Origin: a virus
Strand: one strand, 5' to 3'
Virus record (IMG/VR): IMGVR_UViG_3300046692_000110
DNA: 37,959 nucleotides
A program made the translations under genes and the position numbers. Numbering within the stretch: position 1 is the stretch's first letter; the number at the start of each line of letters is the position of its first letter. The notes under the pieces were generated by a model. The model saw only the letters and a list, made by a program, of their open reading frames with translations, ran no database searches and had not been told where the DNA came from. Positions 14,967 through 22,019 of this stretch are shown here, piece after piece.

Positions 14967-15486
14967 TGGCGCATTCCTCCATGAGCTGCTGCTGGTGGGC
15001 GTCGGTGATGGATACGCGGGCCAGTACGGCGTCGAGGTTGCCGTCGCGCTTATACGCGGCCTTGGCGTTGTTCCAGCCCTTCTGGTTCTCTGGAGTCAGC
15101 CAGGCAATGACCGGTGCTTTCGGGCTGATCCGTAAGCCTTCCATGGTCTCCTTGCCGAACTTCACGTTGCTGTCCACGTAGACGGTCACCTTGAATCCGG
15201 CCCAGTCCTCAATGAACGGAGAACCCGTCAGCGAGCGCATCGTCTTGCTGTTGGTCGCGTTGAGGATCATTGGCTTCAATTTCTCGCCCGGGCGCAACTC
15301 ACGCTCGGCGAAGTGCGCGGTGTTGAACACGTCCTTCGTCTTCTTGGTCTTGTCAGGCTCAAGCGATACGCGGGCAATGGTGAGGATCGTCGGTTCGACG
15401 ATATCGGCGCTGCTCAGGTAGGGCGAGTCGAACGCCTTTCTGAAGTGGGTTTTCGATTCGTTGGACACGATTGTTCTCCCCGCCAT
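14947..15486 (-). CDS. Hypothetical protein, 179 aa, possible recombination partner of the exonuclease
   Basis: It overlaps the exonuclease start. The functional suggestion rests on position only. Confidence 0.55.
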   Translation of the reverse strand: MAGRTIVSNESKTHFRKAFDSPYLSSADIVEPTILTIARVSLEPDKTKKTKDVFNTAHFAERELRPGEKLKPMILNATNSKTMRSLTGSPFIEDWAGFKVTVYVDSNVKFGKETMEGLRISPKAPVIAWLTPENQKGWNNAKAAYKRDGNLDAVLARVSITDAHQQQLMEECANESQVA

Positions 15487-15508
15487 GCAGGCGGCGTATG
15501 AGTTCGAG

Positions 15509-15631
15509 TTATTGGGTAATTGTTGCGATTGGAGCAGGAAGGCTGCGAGGCTCGCCGTTCTCCTTGAACAGGCTGTACTGAAGCATGACCACGGTCAGGC
15601 CGAAGGCGAGAATCCAGAAGAGTGGCTTCAT
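15509..15631 (-). CDS. 40-aa membrane peptide (MKPLFWILAFGLTVVMLQYSLF...)
   Basis: GGAGGTGATTG precedes the ATG, and there is a TGATG overlap with the upstream ORF. Confidence 0.5.
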   Translation of the reverse strand: MKPLFWILAFGLTVVMLQYSLFKENGEPRSLPAPIATITQ

Positions 15632-15765
15632 CAATCACCTCCCCAATATTGAAGTGGGACGAACGTGTACTGCTCTTTCCCGTGGTGACGCACTCGCCAG
15701 TATTCGAGGTCGATCCGGTTGAGCAGTTCTTGAAAGGTGTAGGAGCGGGTGGCGAGGCGTTTCAT
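15631..15765 (-). CDS. 44-aa hypothetical protein (MKRLATRSYTFQELLNRIDLEYW...)
   Basis: ATGA overlap with the upstream ORF. Translated by hand. Confidence 0.45.
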   Translation of the reverse strand: MKRLATRSYTFQELLNRIDLEYWRVRHHGKEQYTFVPLQYWGGD

Positions 15766-15896
15766 GACAACCTCACAACCAGCATGCCGCGCCGGATCTG
15801 AACCTTGATGCGCTTTGGCAAATCAGCGACCAGAAAAAAGCCCTGACGATTCAGGGCTTCAGTCATTGCTTTGGCGTTTCTCGCGATGATGGTCAT
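15762..15896 (-). CDS. 44-aa hypothetical protein (MTIIARNAKAMTEALNRQGFF...)
   Basis: This is the C-terminal part of the 132-aa track ORF. It has an ATGA overlap with the 66-aa ORF. Confidence 0.45.
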   Translation of the reverse strand: MTIIARNAKAMTEALNRQGFFLVADLPKRIKVQIRRGMLVVRLS

Positions 15897-16093
15897 GCTG
15901 CACTCCCGGGCCGTTGCGCGAGAGCGCTGTTCAGCCGTTTGCAGTAGTGGTGAAACTCTTCGGCCGTGATTTTCTCGGCAGTGAAGAAGCCGGTGATGTT
16001 GCGCTGAACCAGAACTTCGTAAAGGGGAGGGCAGGAGGCGTGGCAGAGCTCGTCGAGGTCTTCGTCGATCGCAATGTGCGGACTGAAGGTCAT
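15893..16093 (-). CDS. 66-aa hypothetical protein
   Basis: Balanced composition, and its start overlaps the stop of the upstream gene. Confidence 0.6.
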   Translation of the reverse strand: MTFSPHIAIDEDLDELCHASCPPLYEVLVQRNITGFFTAEKITAEEFHHYCKRLNSALAQRPGSAA

Positions 16094-16518
16094 AGCTCGT
16101 CATCCTCTGCCTGAGCCTTGAGCGCGTCGTCAGCCAACGGCTCAAGGAGGGATTCGGCAATCTCGCCGAGTTTGCCCAGCGGGTGGTCGCTGCTGCCCAG
16201 AAGTTCTTTTGCGGAGACGGAGCACGAACCGCCTTGTGTTGCCGCGATCACAAGCGCCCCAAGAGCTGGAGTGCCGACCTCGCAGTCTGCAAGCCGGCCG
16301 TTCACATGTTCATCTACGGCTGCCTGGAACTGGCGCATCGAAACGCCCTGCACCTTGCACATCCGGCGCCGGAAGGAAATTCCGCAACTGAACACCACCA
16401 ATTGTTCAGCGGCGTTGTACAACCACTCGGCCCGCGCAACCTCTTGCGTGGTATCGCTCACTGGAGGCGGCAGCTTCGCGTCGTACACGGCCTGACAGAT
16501 ATTCAGTCTTGCGTTCAT
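16090..16518 (-). CDS. Hypothetical protein, 142 aa
   Basis: ORF with an acidic C-terminus in the early operon. Confidence 0.65.
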   Translation of the reverse strand: MNARLNICQAVYDAKLPPPVSDTTQEVARAEWLYNAAEQLVVFSCGISFRRRMCKVQGVSMRQFQAAVDEHVNGRLADCEVGTPALGALVIAATQGGSCSVSAKELLGSSDHPLGKLGEIAESLLEPLADDALKAQAEDDEL

Positions 16519-16539
16519 TTTCGCCTCCTAAGTGGCGTG

Positions 16540-16662
16540 TTAGGCGATGTATCCGCCCGGCATAGTGGTGATGACCTTCCTCGGCGCGTCATGCATACGG
16601 CCTTTGGCGCAGTCGTGGACGTCGGGGCGGGGCTTGCGTGGTGCAGGGGCAGTGCGTTTCAT
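16540..16662 (-). CDS. Possible 40-aa basic peptide
   Basis: Hand translation: MKRTAPAPRKPRPDVHDCAKGRMHDAPRKVITTMPGGYIA. The ribosome-binding site is weak. Confidence 0.25.
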   Translation of the reverse strand: MKRTAPAPRKPRPDVHDCAKGRMHDAPRKVITTMPGGYIA

Positions 16663-16685
16663 GGCGGCTTACTCGATTGCGCAAT

Positions 16686-16710
16686 AAAAAGCCCGACCTA
16701 AGCCGGGCTT
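16686..16710 (-). terminator. Rho-independent terminator downstream of paralogue 3
   Basis: On the minus strand: GCCCGGC-TTAG-GTCGGGC followed by T5. Confidence 0.7.
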
Positions 16711-16953
16711 TACCTTCCCTACATAACGAGCGGACGCATGAGGCGTCGGATCGTGGCTATCTGTTACATGGCTGCAAATCCTCCGCGTTAAGTTGAACCT
16801 GCATTGGGGTGGACGCTGAAGCACTCCGCTTTGCAATCACGGCGCTGGCATTGTCACAACGTCCACCCCGATACACTCTCCATCACCATGGAGAAATCGG
16901 GCCGTTTTTCGTCCGGCTGACGTGCACGGAGATCAAAAGCAATAAACGAATAA

Positions 16954-17544
16954 TCAAATAGGCAATCTGCGGACGGGGCGGACGCGGCGCTCGCTGAGCT
17001 TGCCGAAGTTGCCCTGATTGCCACCATCGAAGACCATGAAGAACGCGAAGTAGGCGGAGCGCTGCGTGCTGCTCCAGTGCCATTCCTTCGCAAACAACTC
17101 AGACACATTCGCCTCGGCCAGTTGCAGCTCTCGCCGGGCTGGCAGGTAGAAGTCGGCGTGACCGTCAGCCTCGTACTCAGCGCAGGCCGTGGCGGCCGGG
17201 TGATCTTCGTCTTCGATCAGTGCGCGAGTGTTTGCAGCGCCATCAGAAGCGCTACCAGCGCCTTTCACCTCAGTCCCGTAGCTGCCCCACTCGAATTTTC
17301 CGAGGTCCTCAGTAGCCACGATCAGGTAGTAATCAGACTGGCCGTCCACGCCGCGCATCACTCCGGCATTCACACCGCCTTGGCCTTCCCAGTAAGAGCC
17401 GATCGCAGGGATGCCCGCGTTCGCCGCAGGTGCCTTCACTTGGTTGGCGCCGAGCACGAAGTTCGCAAACTGAAGAACCAGCGCCTTGTCCGGGCTGCTG
17501 ATCGTTGATTCGCCGCAGGTGAGGGTGGTCAGTTGATTCGTCAT
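16954..17544 (-). CDS. DUF1566-like protein, paralogue 3, with a DGR-type variable C-terminus
   Basis: AAGGACA precedes the ATG at 17544. The C-terminus is WHWSSTQRSAYFAFFMVFDGGNQGNFGKLSERRVRPVR. Confidence 0.8.
   Translation of the reverse strand: MTNQLTTLTCGESTISSPDKALVLQFANFVLGANQVKAPAANAGIPAIGSYWEGQGGVNAGVMRGVDGQSDYYLIVATEDLGKFEWGSYGTEVKGAGSASDGAANTRALIEDEDHPAATACAEYEADGHADFYLPARRELQLAEANVSELFAKEWHWSSTQRSAYFAFFMVFDGGNQGNFGKLSERRVRPVRRLPI
16967..17066 (-). repeat. Variable-region-like 100-bp block, copy 3
   Basis: See copy 1 (12396..12495). Confidence 0.85.
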
Positions 17545-17789
17545 GTTGGTGTCCTTGTCGGGGTTGTTCGTGGCTTTCGAATGCCTCCCGGGGCTTGAGA
17601 GGCATTTGTAAAGCCAGATGGCCAGCCTGAAACAGCAGGAAGCCATCTGATATCCGGTCGCTCTCTACTGGAGGCAGCGACTGGGTGTTGCGTTAGCGGT
17701 GAGGTGATGCAGGGGGCCGCGTTGCGCGGTGTGGACTCATCCGCATCCCGCTGCGCACTCGGTGAATGCGCAGAAGCGATACTTGCTGA

Positions 17790-17939
17790 TCAGAAGTTGT
17801 GTGGCTCGGCACCGTTCTGCTTTGCAATCTTGCGCGCCTCAGCCTTCCCGCTAACGGCCACCTCAGTGCCGACCGGCTCAAAGCCGGAGCTGAGGATTAC
17901 GACCTTTTTATTTTTGCTGGCGAAGTAGTGAGCTTTCAT
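17790..17939 (-). CDS. 49-aa hypothetical protein (MKAHYFASKNKKVVILSSGFEPVG...)
   Basis: Internal ATG of the 63-aa track ORF. It is the first ORF after the leftward promoter. Confidence 0.5.
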   Translation of the reverse strand: MKAHYFASKNKKVVILSSGFEPVGTEVAVSGKAEARKIAKQNGAEPHNF

Positions 17940-18218
17940 GTTGTGACCCTCGGTTGATTTCCCGTCTGGCCCTGTCCCCAAGGCCAGCCAGTGAAATCTT
18001 TTCTCCGTGACCCGCTACTGGCGGCAGTCACCGGCTTGAATCTCTATGTCAAAGAACTTACTTCCCGTTTCTCTCCCCGTTTGTTACCAGGCAATTTCTA
18101 AGGCCTGACCCGCGGGGCGGGGATGACCATTTCGCTGGTCACCTGGCTAGACGGCGTATCCGACTTGTGGCGAACCTTTTCAGGCCCTGGCGCCTCGTTG
18201 TTCTGTGGCGTTGAACAA

Positions 18219-18247
18219 ACTATACGAATGCTCATAGGTGTCGTCAA
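18219..18247 (-). promoter_or_regulatory. Leftward early promoter (pL-like)
   Basis: On the minus strand: TTGACG, 17-nt spacer, TATAGT. It is overlapped by a 17-mer that recurs at the cro promoter. Confidence 0.65.
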
Positions 18248-18278
18248 TACGTTTTTGCATAATATTTTGAGCGGGCAT

Positions 18279-18302
18279 AAAAAAGCCCGCTCAGTGGCGG
18301 GC
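18279..18302 (-). terminator. Rho-independent terminator ending the cI-moron transcript
   Basis: On the minus strand: GCCCGC-CACTGA-GCGGGC followed by T6. Confidence 0.8.
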
Positions 18303-18327
18303 CGACGATTCATGAAACTGCTGGTGT

Positions 18328-18654
18328 CTACTTCTTACATGGGAATGCTGTTTTCAGAGATGCCAGCACCAAATTGGATGCGGGCTCGGCCCAGCGCTCG
18401 GGGTTTGCCTTCAGCCACTTCCAGACTATGGCTGCTGCCTGGCTATCGGTGAAGTTTTCTGGAGGGCAATATTCTGTTTCGAAAAAAACCTCTGCCAGGG
18501 ATGATACGTATCCCTTGAAGAAGCCACCGTCGAAGGAGGCGCCATTACCATTGAAGGCGCGCCCGGTGCCGTGCAGTTGCGTGCCCGTGATAGCGATGGC
18601 ATTAAATGAAGCAAGGAGCATTGGCGCGGCAATCAGTAACCTGAATTTATTCAC
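18328..18654 (-). CDS. Secreted small protein, lysogenic-conversion moron (Rap1a-type T6SS-immunity-like pattern, tentative)
   Basis: Signal peptide MNKFRLLIAAPMLLASFNAIA; two Cys residues (EYCPPENFT and the C-terminal FPCKK); WKWLKANPERW. It lies directly downstream of cI and before a terminator. Confidence 0.5.
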   Translation of the reverse strand: MNKFRLLIAAPMLLASFNAIAITGTQLHGTGRAFNGNGASFDGGFFKGYVSSLAEVFFETEYCPPENFTDSQAAAIVWKWLKANPERWAEPASNLVLASLKTAFPCKK

Positions 18655-18677
18655 ATCGCCTCCATGAGAAAGAAAAA

Positions 18678-19340
18678 TTACATCTCACCACCACGCCAAA
18701 TAACACGCCCGAGGATCGGTACTTCGTGTAGCGCATCTTCTGAGACCTGTTCGTCCGGGTACTTGGACTTGTCAGTATTGTCACTTCTGATCAGCCAACT
18801 TCCAGTGATCTGTTGAATCAACCTCTTAATGCTAATCCCGCCGTCCGGACGCCGCACAACATAGGCTTGCCGGTCTTTAGGCTCCACTTTCGAGCTGTCA
18901 AACAGAACCACGTCACCCTCAAACACATAGGGCTCCATGCTGTCGCCCTCAGCATAGATGACGTGAAGGTTTTCAGGCTTGGATTTCATGCGCGCGAGCC
19001 AATCCCGCTTGAAGACCAGGCCTTCTGTAACCTCGACATGGTCATTCAGGTATCCGTCGCCGCAAGACCCGTGCGCCTTAAATTGAGGTATCAAAGCGTA
19101 ATCCCTTTCGCTCGGTGAGTGGTGGCTTCTGGATTCATCACCGCCGAACAGTAGCCAATCCGGCGCGACCTTGAGCGCCCTGGATATTGGCTCAACGGTG
19201 TTCTTTCGTGGGCTGCTGCTCTCGCCCGACAGGATTCGATTAATCGTCGGCTGTGGAACGCCAGAGCGCCTAGACAGCTCGCTCTCGCTTAACTCCAGCT
19301 CAGTCATCTTTGCGCGAAGGCGCCCAGCAATATCCATCAT
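18678..19340 (-). CDS. cI: CI-type repressor (XRE HTH plus S24 LexA-like peptidase domain)
   Basis: The N-terminus has LSESELSRRSGVPQPTINRILSG. The C-terminus has GDSMEP and ...ISIKRL. Confidence 0.9.
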   Translation of the reverse strand: MMDIAGRLRAKMTELELSESELSRRSGVPQPTINRILSGESSSPRKNTVEPISRALKVAPDWLLFGGDESRSHHSPSERDYALIPQFKAHGSCGDGYLNDHVEVTEGLVFKRDWLARMKSKPENLHVIYAEGDSMEPYVFEGDVVLFDSSKVEPKDRQAYVVRRPDGGISIKRLIQQITGSWLIRSDNTDKSKYPDEQVSEDALHEVPILGRVIWRGGEM

Positions 19341-19376
19341 TCACCAAATATACGTAGACGCATTATGCGAATTCTA

Positions 19377-19405
19377 TTGCATCCAGTCATACATATTCGT
19401 ATGAT
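19377..19405 (+). promoter_or_regulatory. Rightward early promoter (pR-like)
   Basis: TTGCAT, 17-nt spacer, TATGAT. Operator-like motifs lie at 19365, 19395 (inverted) and 19411. Confidence 0.6.
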
Positions 19406-19436
19406 TTGTCATGCGAAGACTCATAGGATTCCAGTC

Positions 19437-19640
19437 ATGACAGTTCAAGAGATGTTGAATCGCCTTTTCCAGCTCGGGCTGTCGCAGACAGAAGTAGCTG
19501 AATTTTGCGGAACCACGCAGCCGACGATTTCCCGCGCCGTGAACGGCTCGATGGTCAGCTACAAGATCGGCAAGGCCATCGAGAGCCTGCTGAGCAAGCG
19601 TGAGCGGGCCGCCAAACGCTCTGACAACCAAGCCGCTTAA
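19437..19640 (+). CDS. cro: Cro-like HTH regulator
   Basis: LSQTEVAEFCGTTQPTISRAVNG. The gene is divergent from cI. Confidence 0.75.
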   Translation: MTVQEMLNRLFQLGLSQTEVAEFCGTTQPTISRAVNGSMVSYKIGKAIESLLSKRERAAKRSDNQAA

Positions 19641-19671
19641 CCACCTCATCAGCCACATAGGAAAAACCAGC

Positions 19672-19872
19672 ATGTACCAGGACCCAAACCAGAAACGGGA
19701 CATCCCAGTGAAGGTTCGCTTCGAGCCGGTGCTGGATCGAATCCTGCGCAAGGCCGCCAATAAATCCAGACGTCAGCACGCGACGTACCTCTACGAGGTC
19801 ATCGAGTGGGCTGTCGCCAACGGTGCCATTGAAGAGCTGATGCAGGACCAAGAACAAGATATCGCGGGCTGA
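19672..19872 (+). CDS. Small protein, possible ribbon-helix-helix regulator
   Basis: IPVKVRFEPVLDRILRKAA followed by a second helix. Pattern only. Confidence 0.45.
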   Translation: MYQDPNQKRDIPVKVRFEPVLDRILRKAANKSRRQHATYLYEVIEWAVANGAIEELMQDQEQDIAG

Positions 19873-19891
19873 AGCCCCTCTGGAGGGCCGA

Positions 19892-20101
19892 ATGCTTTTT
19901 GAAAGAACGCGACTGTCAGCAGAGGCCAACCGAAAGATTGATCTGCTGATGCGAGTGAACGGCTGGAGCCTGGAAAAGGCCCTGAACGAACTCGGAATTG
20001 TTGGTGTAGCGAGTGGTGCGACTTCTGCCGTTGGCAGGAGCAAGGCGAAAGTTCTGCAACTTGTAAAAAAGAGGGCCTCAGAGAGGGCCTCAGAAGGGTA
20101 G
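19892..20101 (+). CDS. Small hypothetical protein, 69 aa
   Basis: ORF between cro and the replication genes. Its 3' end carries GAGGGCCTC repeats. Confidence 0.5.
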   Translation: MLFERTRLSAEANRKIDLLMRVNGWSLEKALNELGIVGVASGATSAVGRSKAKVLQLVKKRASERASEG

Positions 20102-20174
20102 GCAGAGACCCTCTTGAAAGAGTCCCTCATTGAGGGCCTCTGGAGGGGCTGAAGAGCCCTCGAATGGAAGGCAC

Positions 20175-20219
20175 AAAAAAGCCACCGGGCATGGTGGCTG
20201 ATTCGTTGAAGCAATTTGC
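20175..20219 (-). ncRNA. Candidate oop-like antisense RNA (about 45 nt), opposite the ribosome-binding region of the O-like gene
   Basis: A minus-strand promoter (TTGTCA, 17-nt spacer, CATAGT) lies at 20226-20254. A minus-strand terminator (AGCCACC-ATGCCC-GGTGGCT plus T6) lies at 20174-20199. Confidence 0.35.
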
Positions 20220-20228
20220 GAGGCAACT

Positions 20229-21077
20229 ATGACAAACATCGTTCACATTGACAAGTCCAGGGGGTTCACCCGGATGGACAACAAGCTGATGGAGTCTTTG
20301 GCTACGGTTGACCTGCCTGCGCGTGACCTGCGCGTTCTGATGGCCATTGCTCGTCAGACCATAGGCTTCCAACTGGACACCAAACGTCTCACCGCCGACG
20401 AGATCGGCAAACTCACCAACATGCGCCGCGACGTTACCTCCAAGTCGATCAGTCATCTGCTTGAGCGCCGGATCATTTACAGGGTGGGCGGAAGCCGCGG
20501 CGATATCGGTATTGCACCGGTGTCGGAGTGGTCTTACTACGAGGAAAAGCCAGAGTGTCTCACTGAGACCAAATCGTCTCACTCAGCACAAATCGTCTCA
20601 CTGAGAAATGATGTGAGTGAGACCAAAACAGCAACTTGCCTTCTTTATACAAAGAAAGAACCCCTATTAACTCTTCCTTCGGAAGAGATTAATCCCCCCC
20701 CTGTAAAGCCGAGTCGTGCACCTCGCAAGCCGAAAGAGGAAAGCGCCACTGATTTCGGCAAAACGCAAATGCTCGCCAACAACCCACACTTGCTCACCGA
20801 GCAGCTGATCGTTGACTGGCTAAAAGTCCGCAAGGGCAAGCGCGCAGCTATGAGCCAGACCGTGTGGGACTCGCTCAATGCCGAACTTGACCGCTGCGTT
20901 GAAGCCGGAATCTCTGCCGACATCGCTATGAAACAGGCTGTTCTGCAAGGCTGGCAGGGGTTCCGCATGGAGTGGGTAGCCAAACGCCTGGCCGAGGAAA
21001 GCAGGCAGTCCGGCTCGTCGAGCGGCCCTGATTTCTACGCCACCGACTGGCGCCGCGATACGAGCGATGACCTATGA
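20229..21077 (+). CDS. Replication initiator, lambda O-like
   Basis: GFTRMDNKLMESLATVDLPARDLRVLMAIARQTIGF resembles the O N-terminal domain. Iterons lie inside the gene. Confidence 0.8.
   Translation: MTNIVHIDKSRGFTRMDNKLMESLATVDLPARDLRVLMAIARQTIGFQLDTKRLTADEIGKLTNMRRDVTSKSISHLLERRIIYRVGGSRGDIGIAPVSEWSYYEEKPECLTETKSSHSAQIVSLRNDVSETKTATCLLYTKKEPLLTLPSEEINPPPVKPSRAPRKPKEESATDFGKTQMLANNPHLLTEQLIVDWLKVRKGKRAAMSQTVWDSLNAELDRCVEAGISADIAMKQAVLQGWQGFRMEWVAKRLAEESRQSGSSSGPDFYATDWRRDTSDDL
20557..20623. repeat. Origin iterons: GTCTCACT(G/C)AG three times direct at 19-bp spacing, plus one inverted copy, followed by an AT-rich stretch
   Basis: Copies lie at 20557, 20576 and 20595, with the inverted copy at 20613. 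AT-rich sequence follows to about 20700. Confidence 0.7.
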
Positions 21078-21814
21078 AGCCGGTCAATCAGGTCGTGCCG
21101 GGCGCGGCACGTGCACTGCGCACCAACAGCCCACAAATGCCAGTCGCTCTGCCGCTTGGAGTCGTTGACGACCAGACCGGCACCATCGTCGAAAAGATCT
21201 TCCGCCAGCTGCAGGCGATTTTCCCGGCATGGAAACAGGCATGGCCCGATAAAAAGGCTCTTGAATCGGCCCAGCGCAGCTGGACGAAGGGTTTCATCGA
21301 CGCAGGTATCAACGACCTGGATCAGGTTCGCTACGGGATCGAGGAGTGCCGTCGTAGTGGATCGCCATTCGCGCCAAGCATTGGGCAGTTCATTGGCTGG
21401 TGCACACCAGGACCTGAGCGTTTCGGCATGCCTACTGCCGCGGCTGCGTGGGTCGAGGCCTTGATGGGGGTGTATAGCCATGAGGCAGTGCGTCTTGCAG
21501 CTCAGTCCACCGGAATCTTCGATCTGCGCGCAGCCAAACAGAGCGACAAAGGGCTGAATGAGCGATTTTACCGCAATTACGAGATCGTTTTGCGCCGCGC
21601 CCAGGCTGGTCAGCCACTCGACGGCAAGATCCTGACTGGCATCGGACACGACAGCCAGAAGACCGCGTTTGAACTGGCCAATGAGCTGGCCGACCAACAA
21701 ACCCAGGCACGAATCCTTCAGCAAGGCATCCCGGCCGACGGCAAGTCAGCTCGTGCACTGCTGCTCGCAAAATTCGGCAAGAACAAGGATCAGGAGCTTT
21801 CCAATGGCCGATGA
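21074..21814 (+). CDS. Replication protein, lambda P-like (helicase loader)
   Basis: IFRQLQAIFPAWKQAW...W.KGFIDAGI pattern. It overlaps the O stop. Confidence 0.7.
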   Translation: MKPVNQVVPGAARALRTNSPQMPVALPLGVVDDQTGTIVEKIFRQLQAIFPAWKQAWPDKKALESAQRSWTKGFIDAGINDLDQVRYGIEECRRSGSPFAPSIGQFIGWCTPGPERFGMPTAAAAWVEALMGVYSHEAVRLAAQSTGIFDLRAAKQSDKGLNERFYRNYEIVLRRAQAGQPLDGKILTGIGHDSQKTAFELANELADQQTQARILQQGIPADGKSARALLLAKFGKNKDQELSNGR

Positions 21815-22019
21815 AATCGATATCGCCCAAGACCGCATTGAGGCGGACATGGCTCACCGCATCGCCACGCGCACCGTATACACCGGCATCAGCGCCACTG
21901 AATGCGAGTGCGGCGAAGACATCCCGGAAGGCCGTCGTCTGGCTATTCCGGGGGTGCAGCTGTGCGTGGGTTGTGCTGAGCGGGTTGCGCTGAAAGTGTC
22001 GGGGGTGAAACGTGGCTGA
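21804..22019 (+). CDS. TraR/DksA-family C4 zinc-finger protein
   Basis: MADEIDIAQDRIE...CECGEDIPEGRR...CVGC. Confidence 0.75.
   Translation: MADEIDIAQDRIEADMAHRIATRTVYTGISATECECGEDIPEGRRLAIPGVQLCVGCAERVALKVSGVKRG

Noticed and set aside
15762-16160. 132-aa ORF
   Set aside because: Its N-terminal two-thirds is Arg-rich and overlaps a better 66-aa ORF in another frame. Only the C-terminal 44 aa are kept, as a coupled micro-ORF.
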